Origin: a virus
Lineage: Duplodnaviria > Heunggongvirae > Uroviricota > Caudoviricetes
DNA length: 64,000 bases
Virus record (IMG/VR): IMGVR_UViG_3300043447_000086
Strand: one strand, 5' to 3'
In this document: in pieces, positions 54,437 through 63,987 of the stretch
Layout: every line of letters starts with the position of its first letter
Position numbering within the stretch: position 1 is the stretch's first letter
Program-made: the position numbers and the translations under genes
Notes under the pieces: generated by a model
What the model saw: only the letters and a program-made list of their open reading frames with translations
The model's database searches: none
Told to the model about the DNA's origin: nothing

Positions 54437-54482
54437 TCGTTATCTCCTGTAACTGGATTAGTTCTATTAAATTATTTATTAT

Positions 54483-55136
54483 TTATCTGATTTTACTCAG
54501 AAAATTTTGGAAAGCGTGCAATTTAGCTTCCTCTAGTTGTCGAGTAGAAGCCTTTCTGATTGAAGCCTTAGCAGCTTCGATTTGTTGCTCCACAAACTTT
54601 CCATCAATATAAATCCACTCTTTGTTTTCCATAATACCACGGACAAAAGCGTCTGGGGCAGATGGGTCTGCCACGATGTCCGCAGCAGTGGATAACATAA
54701 AGTCATCCTGAACAACATTAACCCCTTCTTTATTTAATTGAAGAGAGCCAAGTGCTCTTGAAGAAACACCAAGATTAGCGCCACCGTCTAGAAGACCTCT
54801 AGCGATGTTGCCCATTGGAGTCTCTAAAATCTTTGCCTTACCGATGTAGTTAGTACCTTCTTTGCGAAGGTCAACGATAAGATGGGAGACACGGTCCAAG
54901 TTAATAGATGGAGTGTCTGGGTGACCAAGTTCACCGTAAGCACGGTTGTTCTGAACTTGTTCTTGTAAGTAACGTGCAACTTCCTTGTCCATAACATGCT
55001 CTGGGTACATACGCTTGTTACGGTTCTGGATGTTTGACTGTAGGAAGACACCTTCAATAAAGTATGTCTTGCCTTTGCCTAGCTTCTCTTCAACGATCAG
55101 CTTGGCTTCTTGGATGTCTTCTCTAATTAGTTTCAT
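54483..55136 (-). CDS. 21: Prohead protease gp21
   Basis: Start trimmed to MKLIREDIQ. GKGKTYFIEGVFLQSNIQNRNKRMYPEHVM aligns with T4 gp21 GEYKGLFIEGIMMQSNVVNRNKRIYKKEIL. Confidence 0.85.
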   Translation of the reverse strand: MKLIREDIQEAKLIVEEKLGKGKTYFIEGVFLQSNIQNRNKRMYPEHVMDKEVARYLQEQVQNNRAYGELGHPDTPSINLDRVSHLIVDLRKEGTNYIGKAKILETPMGNIARGLLDGGANLGVSSRALGSLQLNKEGVNVVQDDFMLSTAADIVADPSAPDAFVRGIMENKEWIYIDGKFVEQQIEAAKASIRKASTRQLEEAKLHAFQNFLSKIR

Positions 55137-55137
55137 T

Positions 55138-55599
55138 TTAGACCTTATCTGGAGAACCTGACACAGTAGTAGAAGCACCAACACGAGTCACATCATCGTA
55201 AGAACCGTAAGTAGCAGTTTCAACTTTAGTGTTCCAACCAGCAAGTTTACGAAGAACTAACCATCCAGTAACATCTTTTGCTGAGTGGTTATCAATAACA
55301 ATGTCAGATGTGTTGTCGTTATTAACAGGGATGCCAACTGTATTGAATTCAATATTAATATCGTTCTCAGGAGCGCAAGAAATAACACGTTTGTTATTTC
55401 TATCAATTCTAACATGCGCACCCAATTCACCTGAACATACAAATTTAACTATGTCAACTTTTGGTGCGTCAGAGTTTCTTTGCTGTGTTGGCGCAGTTAG
55501 ATCAGCGATAGTAATAGTGCCTGTTTCTGCAGCAGAAGATGAGAAATGAATCACAGTCTCCTGGTTTGTGTTTTTGGTTGTTGTGAAAATGACAGCCAT
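55138..55599 (-). CDS. Hypothetical (likely structural) protein
   Basis: 153 aa, beta-rich and Thr/Asn/Val rich, between genes 20 and 21. Confidence 0.45.
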   Translation of the reverse strand: MAVIFTTTKNTNQETVIHFSSSAAETGTITIADLTAPTQQRNSDAPKVDIVKFVCSGELGAHVRIDRNNKRVISCAPENDINIEFNTVGIPVNNDNTSDIVIDNHSAKDVTGWLVLRKLAGWNTKVETATYGSYDDVTRVGASTTVSGSPDKV

Positions 55600-55601
55600 T
55601 T

Positions 55602-56147
55602 TTATTCCTCTATTTGTTCAAGCACATGAAGGAAATTGCTACTGCTTTCTCTCATGTACTCGATAATCTCTGCTTGATCAGATAATAAGTTATTTAGGCG
55701 TTCTTGCGTTTGTTCAGAGATTGCGATGATACATTCGTCATTAAGTACATAATGAAGTTTCCCCTCAACAATCTTATCTAACTTATTAAGCTGACGGATT
55801 CTTTGTACGACTGGGTCTACTGTAAAAATGTTGGAAGAAGCCAGTTTAATATAATTCTCTATAAGTGTATCTGTTACTTTGATTTCGTAATATTCTTTAA
55901 TAATACTAGCTACTTTGTTGCCAGATAGTTCTTCATATAAATCTTTTGATACTTGTTGTTCTAATTTTTCACTAATATATTCTTGCTTAACGTATTGTCT
56001 AGCTTCTTCCAAACTTTTGAATTGAGTTTCAGATCCATCAATTAGCACTTTTCCTTCATCTGTTTTTTCAATCAGATGCATATAAGAACGAACACTCTCT
56101 GCGATGTTCGCTTTTTTAACTGACTTTGTGAACTCTGAGTAGTACAT
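55602..56147 (-). CDS. Hypothetical protein
   Basis: 181 aa ORF between genes 20 and 21. Confidence 0.45.
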   Translation of the reverse strand: MYYSEFTKSVKKANIAESVRSYMHLIEKTDEGKVLIDGSETQFKSLEEARQYVKQEYISEKLEQQVSKDLYEELSGNKVASIIKEYYEIKVTDTLIENYIKLASSNIFTVDPVVQRIRQLNKLDKIVEGKLHYVLNDECIIAISEQTQERLNNLLSDQAEIIEYMRESSSNFLHVLEQIEE

Positions 56148-56536
56148 TACTTGTTAGACTTTTCTGGATGTTTAGCGTAATATGCACCTAGTGCCATTTT
56201 GATTCGCTCTTTTTTAGACTTACCTTCAAATTTAGGATTGTCACTGTGAACGAAATCTTTAATAACATTACTTGCTGGAGTTTTCTTAGTTAAAACTTCA
56301 TCAAGTTGTTCTTCAGTCAAAGAATCAATGGTTTCTAAATCGTAATCTTCTTCAACAACTGTATTACCAGATGATTCTTCTGTAGGAGATCTGAACATAC
56401 TTTGCGCCATATTTTGACGCATATCATCTAATTTAGCAGAAATCTTTTCTGCCATGGCTGCTTGAAATGCATTCTCTGTTCGAGTAGCATCTTTAGCCAT
56501 CATCGCATTCACTAGTTCTTGTACATTTTGGTTCAT
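56147..56536 (-). CDS. Hypothetical acidic protein (possible prohead core component)
   Basis: 129 aa, ATGA-coupled to gene 20. Occupies the slot of T4 genes 67/68. Confidence 0.45.
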   Translation of the reverse strand: MNQNVQELVNAMMAKDATRTENAFQAAMAEKISAKLDDMRQNMAQSMFRSPTEESSGNTVVEEDYDLETIDSLTEEQLDEVLTKKTPASNVIKDFVHSDNPKFEGKSKKERIKMALGAYYAKHPEKSNK

Positions 56537-58122
56537 TTGTTATCTCCTGTTTGTGTGTCGCTCGTTGGGGCTTCAAGTGCCTGTGGAGCATTCGCTTGTA
56601 AATAATTTTGCTGAGCAGCTTGAGTAGCACCTGCTATCTCACCATCACGTGAAGCAAAGTCCATATGGAAGTCTTCTTCAGCATCCATTTCTTTTTGCAT
56701 CTGCTCGATATCTTCTTCAGTCTGTTGAAGAACATTCTTCTTAACCCAGTTCATAGAGAAGAACTTGCCGATGTATGGCTCCATCTGTTGGATAGTAGCA
56801 ATACGAGCCATCATCACTTCATTGTCTTTCAACTCTGAATAGTGGTTGTCTTCTACGAAGTCATAGCGGATATCTTGTTTGATCTCGTCCCACTCTTCTG
56901 GGCGCATGATATTCTTTGCAGCCAACTGAACACGTAGTGCGTCAGTGAACATAGTTGCAAATTTCTTACGCAAACGAGAAACAAACTTGTGAAACTTAAT
57001 TTCATCTCTAGAGATTTCAACAGAACGACCAATAGAGAACCCTTGTTGTTCTTGCAAACGACCAACTGGTACGTTGAGTGCGTGATACAACTTGTTCTGG
57101 AAGTATTGAATATCTTCGATATCACCAAGATTTTGTCCACCTGGAAGTGTAGTAATTTCTGTACCTTTACCACCTTCACGGCGAGGCATCCAGAAGTCTT
57201 CCATCATAGACATATGTTTACGATCGTCACGCACTTCGCCAGTTGTAGCGTCATAAACAATCTTATTACGGAACTTATTCATAATGTCCGTAACATATTG
57301 CTCAGCCTTAACCTTAGGTAAGTTACCAACGTCGATGTAGAAAATACGACGTTCTGGTGCACGAGAAATACGATAGATGACCAATGCGTCTTCAATCATC
57401 TTCAGCTGATTAACAGCTTTAATTGCTTTGTGTAGGTATGACATCATCATACCAGTATTCTGGTCTAGATAACCAGATGGAACATAAACGATAGAGTCAA
57501 TGGATAACTTGATCCCTTGTGTCGTTTGTTCAGTAATACCTTTGTCGTTAAACAGATAGAACTCTTCAACAGCTTTGATAACTTCAACACCTTGTTGGTT
57601 CTTTTCTTTAATAACGTTTTTAATACGACGAATCTTACGTGGGTCAATGTATCGCAATTCAACGATACCTTGCTTTAAATTCTTTTCGTCGATTAGAATC
57701 TGATAGTAAAGGCGTCCATCAATATACCAAGAACGGAAGATGTCGTGTGCACGCTCTTCAAACTTTAGAACTTTGAGTACGTTCTCAAACTCTTCGTTAA
57801 TCTTTTTCTTGATATTTGGGGAAACATCTACAGCGTCCAAGTTCATCTTGACGCACTTACCCTGCTCGTCTACAACGATTGCCTCGTTGACGATGTCTTC
57901 AATTGCTGAATCGCAATCGGAATATTGTGCGACTTCACGATAGCGGCGGATAAGGTCATTTTCGTTTTTAACGACGCCTTCGACGTCCATAACCATACCG
58001 TAATAACCACCAGCATTAACACCAGTGTTTATTACGGTACTGCCGTCAACTGGAGGGGGAGCTACGACACTGTCAAGCTCCCTCTCTTTTTTACGTGTAA
58101 TCTCGAATCCAAAAAATTGCAT
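56533..58122 (-). CDS. 20: Portal protein gp20
   Basis: 529 aa against T4 gp20 at 524 aa. Immediately upstream of the prohead genes. Confidence 0.85.
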   Translation of the reverse strand: MQFFGFEITRKKERELDSVVAPPPVDGSTVINTGVNAGGYYGMVMDVEGVVKNENDLIRRYREVAQYSDCDSAIEDIVNEAIVVDEQGKCVKMNLDAVDVSPNIKKKINEEFENVLKVLKFEERAHDIFRSWYIDGRLYYQILIDEKNLKQGIVELRYIDPRKIRRIKNVIKEKNQQGVEVIKAVEEFYLFNDKGITEQTTQGIKLSIDSIVYVPSGYLDQNTGMMMSYLHKAIKAVNQLKMIEDALVIYRISRAPERRIFYIDVGNLPKVKAEQYVTDIMNKFRNKIVYDATTGEVRDDRKHMSMMEDFWMPRREGGKGTEITTLPGGQNLGDIEDIQYFQNKLYHALNVPVGRLQEQQGFSIGRSVEISRDEIKFHKFVSRLRKKFATMFTDALRVQLAAKNIMRPEEWDEIKQDIRYDFVEDNHYSELKDNEVMMARIATIQQMEPYIGKFFSMNWVKKNVLQQTEEDIEQMQKEMDAEEDFHMDFASRDGEIAGATQAAQQNYLQANAPQALEAPTSDTQTGDNK

Positions 58123-58141
58123 TATATAATCCTTCTATCAA

Positions 58142-58729
58142 TTATAGAGGAATAGAGCCAACTGGTGTATCAATAGAAACATTAACTCCGAATCCAGAAG
58201 AAGCACCAGTGCCAGATGTGAAGAAGTTGTATGTAAACTCTACATCAAACTGCTCAATCGCATTTTGTTGCTCATAATCCAAACCGATAGCAGAGATTGA
58301 TGTTGGGAATGCATCAACGAACTTATATGTTTTGATAATAGAACCAGAACGGTCTAGTTGGTGAACCTGTAAGTCTACTTGGTAGTCAGTTGGGTTTACC
58401 TTACCACGAGTACTGTCATAGTTCTGGATACCAGATTGCCACTGTTCTAGTGCATTACGGATACCGAAAGTAGTATCGTTGTAAATCGTAACAGTCCACG
58501 GTGCGAAAGTACGCTCACCAGCAAAGTTTACTGGACGACCCTTGAATAATACAGGGATAGTCTCAATAGTAGAAGCTGGTAGTTGGGCAGCTTTACACAA
58601 AAATTGTGCACGTTGTCCTGCTACTGCACCAAGAGTTACGAATGATGGGAATGTCAGTTCAACACGGAACTGATTAGGGCGAGCACCGCCCCCAATCATT
58701 TGTGACTTAAAATCAGCAATATTTGCCAT
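58142..58729 (-). CDS. 19: Tail tube protein gp19
   Basis: 195 aa, between sheath and portal genes. Confidence 0.75.
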   Translation of the reverse strand: MANIADFKSQMIGGGARPNQFRVELTFPSFVTLGAVAGQRAQFLCKAAQLPASTIETIPVLFKGRPVNFAGERTFAPWTVTIYNDTTFGIRNALEQWQSGIQNYDSTRGKVNPTDYQVDLQVHQLDRSGSIIKTYKFVDAFPTSISAIGLDYEQQNAIEQFDVEFTYNFFTSGTGASSGFGVNVSIDTPVGSIPL

Positions 58730-58764
58730 TTAATTCTCCTTTGTTCTTCTTATTTATTCTCTAA

Positions 58765-60936
58765 TTACGCACCTAGCTCAGTGAAGCTAATGCTAGAACG
58801 AGCAGCCACGAAGTTCAGAGTAATAAAGTTGATAGAACGGTTTGGCTTGACGAAGATGTCTGCAACAAATTGGTTGGAGTCAATGACTTGACCAGTGTTG
58901 TTAGACTCATCGCACTTAACAGCGAAATCTGTAATACCACGGCGACCTTGAATGTCACGTAGGAATGGTTCGATCAAATTCTTGAACTGAGCACGTGTGA
59001 ACGGATCGTTGAATTCGAACAGCTGGAACTTGGCAGCAGTAGCGATAGCCTTTTCCATAACGATGAACAGACGACGAACGTTGATACGATCGAAAGCACT
59101 TGGCTTAGCCAATAGAGTCTTGTCACCGAATAGAACAGTACCTTCACCTGGGAAGGAAACCACTGGGTTAACGCCAATCTTGTACAGAACATCACGGTCT
59201 GCTTTAGTTGGGTTGTGAGCCAATTTAACAACGTTCTTGATCTGACCACGGTTTAGACCAGATGGAGAGAACCATGGGTCATTAGTGTAATCAGTACGAG
59301 CACATAGACCAGCAGTATCACCGTTCAATGGGATCCAACGGTACTTGTCGTTGTAACGGTCGTACTGGTACTTGTAACCAGAGTCAAGCACAGCGTAAGA
59401 AGTGCTTGGTAGAGCGTTACGGTAAGCAACGATCTTGTCAGTAGCAGCAGAGCCAGTACCGATAACTGGGTCACCAGAAGATACATCTTGTGCAGATACA
59501 AACACAACGCAGTCTAGGCGAGATTCTGCAATACCGATAACGTAGTTAGCAACAGTTGGAGAAGCCTTACCTACTGGAATTAAAGAAATGTCGTATTGCA
59601 CATCGTCAGCAAATTGAGCGAACGCAGTCATTGTTTCGCCGTCAGTAGCAGTCAAGCTATCAACGCCACCACCTAGAGAGCGAGTAACCGCAGCACTCAA
59701 AGAAGAGAATGCTTTAGCTGCAGCTTGTGTACCCCAGTTAGCTGCAACAGCTGCTGGGTGATCCATCCAATAGATGTATTCAGAACCTGCGTTAATAGCG
59801 TCTTTGTAGTAGTTGTTAGTACCATCAGATTTCTTAGCATCAGATGCTTTAGAAACGAATGCAAATTTTTCTAGAACAGTTCCTGGAGTACCAGTCCATA
59901 GACCATCTTCGTCGATAACTACAACGTGTACTTCGTCGTTAGAACCATTAACAGAAGCAGAGTATGTAGATGTGCTTGGGGCGCTATCGAAGTTAGCTTT
60001 GTATGCCCAAGTAGCAAATGTTGCAGAGTCAGCCATAGAAACTAACAAAGAGTTTCCTAGAGCACCTGGATAACGAGCAGCCCACTCACCAAACACGCCA
60101 GCACCGTTAGCGAAAGATGTTAGGTAATCTTGAGAGTTATTGATCTTAACGCCAGATACCGCAGCAGTTGCAGTAGCAGTAGCAGTAGTTCCAGAAGCTG
60201 GAGCAGCGATAGTAACTGTTGGAGCAGAAGTGTAACCAGAACCAGCGTTAGTGATAGTGAAACCAACAACACTAGAACCAGAAATAGTTACTGTACCAAC
60301 TGTTGCACCAGTACCAGTACCAGTGATGCTTACTGTTGGAGCAGAAGTGTAACCAGAACCAGCGTTAGTGATAGTGATACCAGTAACTGCACCACCTGCT
60401 ATAGTCACTGTACCAGTAGCAGCAACACCACCTTGAGTTTGTGGATTGCTAAATGTTGCAGTAGCAGTACCACTGTAACCAGATCCACCAGAAGCGATAG
60501 TTACCGCAGTAACACCACCACCAGAAATAACAGCAGTAGCAGTTGCTTGAGTTCCACCTGCGTCTTGAGGGGCAGAAAGAGAAACTGCTGGAATGCTAGT
60601 GTAACCAGAACCAGCAACGTTAATTGCAATACTAGAAACGCTACCAGACTGAATAGCGACAGAATTTCTTGCTGCTGCGCTATCAGTACGGCTGATAAGC
60701 ATACTGTTTGTGTAAGATAGGAAGTTAGCAGCAGTAAAGAATGCCTGAGCGTTAGCATCAGATGGCTTACCGAAGATACGAACTAATTCATTCTCGGAAG
60801 TGACACTAGTAGGAGCCAAGACTGGACCCCACGCAAAAGGACCAGCGAAAGCGCCACGAGAGCTAGAAACAGCTGGAACGATTGCTGAAAAATCTTTTTC
60901 AACGACTGCAACGCCTGGAGATAGTTGGAAAGGCAT
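58765..60936 (-). CDS. 18: Tail sheath protein gp18 with inserted tandem GSGYTSAPTV repeat domain
   Basis: 723 aa with a conserved sheath C-terminal domain. Residues 80-270 hold four to five units of a roughly 30 aa repeat (...ITNAGSGYTSAPTVSITG...). Confidence 0.85.
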   Translation of the reverse strand: MPFQLSPGVAVVEKDFSAIVPAVSSSRGAFAGPFAWGPVLAPTSVTSENELVRIFGKPSDANAQAFFTAANFLSYTNSMLISRTDSAAARNSVAIQSGSVSSIAINVAGSGYTSIPAVSLSAPQDAGGTQATATAVISGGGVTAVTIASGGSGYSGTATATFSNPQTQGGVAATGTVTIAGGAVTGITITNAGSGYTSAPTVSITGTGTGATVGTVTISGSSVVGFTITNAGSGYTSAPTVTIAAPASGTTATATATAAVSGVKINNSQDYLTSFANGAGVFGEWAARYPGALGNSLLVSMADSATFATWAYKANFDSAPSTSTYSASVNGSNDEVHVVVIDEDGLWTGTPGTVLEKFAFVSKASDAKKSDGTNNYYKDAINAGSEYIYWMDHPAAVAANWGTQAAAKAFSSLSAAVTRSLGGGVDSLTATDGETMTAFAQFADDVQYDISLIPVGKASPTVANYVIGIAESRLDCVVFVSAQDVSSGDPVIGTGSAATDKIVAYRNALPSTSYAVLDSGYKYQYDRYNDKYRWIPLNGDTAGLCARTDYTNDPWFSPSGLNRGQIKNVVKLAHNPTKADRDVLYKIGVNPVVSFPGEGTVLFGDKTLLAKPSAFDRINVRRLFIVMEKAIATAAKFQLFEFNDPFTRAQFKNLIEPFLRDIQGRRGITDFAVKCDESNNTGQVIDSNQFVADIFVKPNRSINFITLNFVAARSSISFTELGA

Positions 60937-60993
60937 TGTAATTCTCCTTATTTGATAAGTTTTACTCTAGACAGGTTTTATGTCTACATATTT

Positions 60994-61001
60994 TATTTAT
61001 G
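60994..61001 (-). promoter_or_regulatory. Late-promoter-like element (CATAAATA; T4 late consensus TATAAATA) upstream of gene 18
   Basis: On the minus strand, 57 nt upstream of the gene 18 ATG. Confidence 0.3.
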
Positions 61002-61016
61002 ATTTACAAGTTTTCA

Positions 61017-62591
61017 TTAGAAGTTTAATGGGGCAGCTTCCTGCCCATCATCATAAAACCCAAATGGAGTCAATTCTTCTTCGATAGCCTGAATTTTCTT
61101 TTCATACATAACTCGTCGAAGATCTACATTATTTAGCTCTTTGAAATACGGCTGGGTTGTTAGCCAACCGAATAGCACAAGAGGCATAACTAAGTCATCG
61201 TGATATCCTTCATCCGCCTCATAAGAACCCTTCTTTTCGATAAAAGTAGAGATTTCGGAGATGGTATCTGCATCACTAATAATCATCTTTTTCTCTTCAA
61301 CCATAGACTTAAAGTTATGGCATCCGATTCTTTTAACACGTCTGTCTGTATTAACACCTAAACGTGTCTTTCCTCCACCAAATCCACCACCGACTTGTTG
61401 ACCAGTAGATGAACTGTTAACCATCAGGATATTTTCATATTCTAGTTCGGCGTGAAGGATATATGCAACCTGTTCACTGATATTGGTTTCGATCAGGACA
61501 TAGGCTTCATTGTATTCTTTTGCAACCTTGTGTATAACGTTAGGATACAATAGTGGGCTAATCTCATTATTTCTATACTTAGCCACGATTCTGTACGGCG
61601 TTTCTGTAATATCGACTACTTGGAACGCAGAGTGGTCACCGCCAACACCCTTTGCAACGTCTGCGACTAAACAGTAAGTGTGACCAGCTGATGGTCTAAC
61701 ATAAACATCCAACCCTTCTTTCTGATAGATTGTTGGGTCTATGGACATCTGAGCGATAGTGTCGGCATTGATTAGGGTTAAGCTAGAACCCAAGAACTTA
61801 CAAGCAACCTCTTGGTTGTACTTGAGTTCACCAAGCATAGCCTTTTGTTCTTCAGCCCACTTCTCATCACGACCTGGAATTTCCCAGTAAGGAATGAATA
61901 ATGGGACGAATCCATTACGACCATTCTCAGCGTCATTCCAGAACTTCCAGAAATGGTTATAACCTAGTGGAGTTGAAGAAAGTAGAATCTTGGTTGTCTG
62001 TCCAGCAGAAATGGTTGGGTAAACAGAAGTGAAGAATTGCTCAGCTACGCCATTTGGAATGATCGCAGCTTCGTCAACGTATAGTAAGTTAACAGACTTA
62101 CCACGAATACCAGACGCAGAAGTTGCTGCAGTAAATACCTTAGAGCCGTTTTCCAATTCAATGTCACCCTTGTTCCAAGTAGTGACACCTTGTTGAAGCC
62201 ATATAGGTAATGCTTCATACATAATCTGATAGCGGTCTAAAACTTCTCTAGCAGCAGTAGCTTTGTTAGCTAAGATGGCTACGTTCTTATTTGGTTGGAA
62301 TAAAGTATACCACAGGATATATGCTGCAGATGTAGTGGTTTTACCTTGTTGACGACCTTCCATAAGAATAACTCGACGGTTATTATGGATAACATCAATT
62401 TTCTTTTTCTGGCAGTCGTACAGTGCAAATTTAACTAAACCATGATCAAGAGAAACAATGTAGCAATAATTTTCAATAAAGTAAACTGGATCTTGCGAGC
62501 ACTTAATGTATTCTTGGATCTGTTCTGGCGTAAAGCTAATCTGAACGCCAGCTGCTTTCAGGTTCGGGTTGTTATTATAAAACTCAGCCAT
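61017..62591 (-). CDS. 17: Terminase large subunit gp17
   Basis: 524 aa with Walker A MEGRQQGKTT (T4 LSRQLGKTT). ATPase and nuclease domains. Lacks the N-terminal extension of about 100 aa found in T4. Confidence 0.9.
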   Translation of the reverse strand: MAEFYNNNPNLKAAGVQISFTPEQIQEYIKCSQDPVYFIENYCYIVSLDHGLVKFALYDCQKKKIDVIHNNRRVILMEGRQQGKTTTSAAYILWYTLFQPNKNVAILANKATAAREVLDRYQIMYEALPIWLQQGVTTWNKGDIELENGSKVFTAATSASGIRGKSVNLLYVDEAAIIPNGVAEQFFTSVYPTISAGQTTKILLSSTPLGYNHFWKFWNDAENGRNGFVPLFIPYWEIPGRDEKWAEEQKAMLGELKYNQEVACKFLGSSLTLINADTIAQMSIDPTIYQKEGLDVYVRPSAGHTYCLVADVAKGVGGDHSAFQVVDITETPYRIVAKYRNNEISPLLYPNVIHKVAKEYNEAYVLIETNISEQVAYILHAELEYENILMVNSSSTGQQVGGGFGGGKTRLGVNTDRRVKRIGCHNFKSMVEEKKMIISDADTISEISTFIEKKGSYEADEGYHDDLVMPLVLFGWLTTQPYFKELNNVDLRRVMYEKKIQAIEEELTPFGFYDDGQEAAPLNF

Positions 62592-63335
62592 TTAAAATGT
62601 GTCTAACCAATTCTCACTAGTTACAGTTACAGTTTGTGTATCACCTTCAGCGGTATATGCTCTATTCGGGTTTGAATAATCTTCGTTATTACCGACAGAA
62701 GCATTAACTTGAGTGATAACTCCTTGTCCAGATACTGGACCAAACAGGTTCATCTTCATCGTGAAATTAAGTGTATGAGTAACGAATCTTCTTTCTTGGA
62801 AAGTTCCATCATATTCGTCTTGAACTGAAACTGCGTTTAAAACGATAGGTATATCAGTTTTTATACCTAAAGAATCTATTGTATTGATCGTCAGAGTATA
62901 TTCTGGAGTGAATGTTGGTAGAATCTGCTCAAGAATTTGTAGACCATCTTCTTGAGTTTTTGTTAAAATATACAGATTAACACTAACATTGTATGGCACT
63001 GGCGTGTAAACAGTAGACTGTATTGAAGAGTCGCCAGACTTAATCTTTTGCATACGATTTGTTTTACGAGAAGAATCGTATGAATAGTCTGTAATCTCGA
63101 AAGACATTCGAGGTAGAGAAATCATTGTGTTGTTCTCTAGGTTTGGATCAGAATCTAGTCTGACTAACCATTTTTCCTTAGGTGCGTATGCTAGCGGAAC
63201 TTGTAATCGCTGTAGAGTAGTTCCATTGACAGAATCACCTTGTTTACGATCGATATAGATGTCACTAAACAAACGACCAAATGCAACAATACCCTTTCGG
63301 ATAGTACCGTGATAATAAACGCTTCCATTAAGCAT
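62592..63335 (-). CDS. 15: Tail sheath stabiliser / tail terminator gp15
   Basis: 247 aa. FGRLFSDIYIDRK, VPLAYAPKEKWLVRL, LPRMSFEITDYSYDSSRKTN and ILEQILP align with T4 gp15 (MGDLFSNIQIKRQ, VPITYASKEHFMMKL, LPRINLHLVDFSYNAPFKTN, IVEQILPYF). Confidence 0.7.
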   Translation of the reverse strand: MLNGSVYYHGTIRKGIVAFGRLFSDIYIDRKQGDSVNGTTLQRLQVPLAYAPKEKWLVRLDSDPNLENNTMISLPRMSFEITDYSYDSSRKTNRMQKIKSGDSSIQSTVYTPVPYNVSVNLYILTKTQEDGLQILEQILPTFTPEYTLTINTIDSLGIKTDIPIVLNAVSVQDEYDGTFQERRFVTHTLNFTMKMNLFGPVSGQGVITQVNASVGNNEDYSNPNRAYTAEGDTQTVTVTSENWLDTF

Positions 63336-63987
63336 TGTTTATCTCTCCGAATGGGTTAGAGTCGTCAAAGTTGATAACACCAGAAGACTGTTTTTTAAAT
63401 TTGTTATTGTCGCCGAATGAATCTGCTTTGTCGATATCGATCTCTATGTTGGCTTGCGCTTGGGCACCAATTCCACCACCGCCGACAAAATTTATAACAG
63501 GTGCAGTTTGATATCCAGTGCCACCATCGATGACATTAACAGAAGTCACTTTACCATTATTAATAACAGCTTGTGCAACAGCACCTGATCCACTAGAGCT
63601 AACAAAAGATACTGCTGGCGCAGATGTGTATCCAGAACCATTAGATGTCATAGTGATAGACTTAACCTCGCCTGTGCGGTTTCTAGTGGTATTAGTATTG
63701 AATGTTTTAAGACTTTCAAACGTATCCACGGCAGCAATACCAGTATCGATCTGTTCTGATGCATACTGGAACAGTTCTACTTGTAGTTTGTAGACGTATA
63801 GTTTACCCAACTGATAGAACGGGTCTTGATGTTGTACGAACTTGATCTCGAACAAACCTTTAGAAAGAGGGAAATAAATTAGGTCACCTTCGTTTGGTCT
63901 ATTTGGAACAGTTGTTACACCATAACGACCAACGAATTGTTCCCAACGACGACGAGCAACTACTAACGTAGCAGATTGCTCCATCAT
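63328..63987 (-). CDS. Neck protein gp14-like with C-terminal GSGYTSAP repeats (may extend 5' beyond the window)
   Basis: 219 aa from the first in-window ATG. There is no in-frame stop upstream within the window, so the gene may be 5'-truncated. The C-terminus carries two GSGYTSAPAV/GTGYQTAPVI repeat units like those in gp18. Confidence 0.45.
   Translation of the reverse strand: MMEQSATLVVARRRWEQFVGRYGVTTVPNRPNEGDLIYFPLSKGLFEIKFVQHQDPFYQLGKLYVYKLQVELFQYASEQIDTGIAAVDTFESLKTFNTNTTRNRTGEVKSITMTSNGSGYTSAPAVSFVSSSGSGAVAQAVINNGKVTSVNVIDGGTGYQTAPVINFVGGGGIGAQAQANIEIDIDKADSFGDNNKFKKQSSGVINFDDSNPFGEINNA

Noticed and set aside
60130-60720. 196 aa Ser/Cys/Thr-rich plus-strand ORF
   Set aside because: Antisense reading of the tandem GSGYTSAPTV repeat region of gp18; a low-complexity artefact.
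62592-63335. 247 aa ORF upstream of gp17 considered as the terminase small subunit gp16
   Set aside because: Sequence aligns block-for-block with T4 gp15 (sheath stabiliser) and is beta-rich. There is no helix-turn-helix or small-terminase character.
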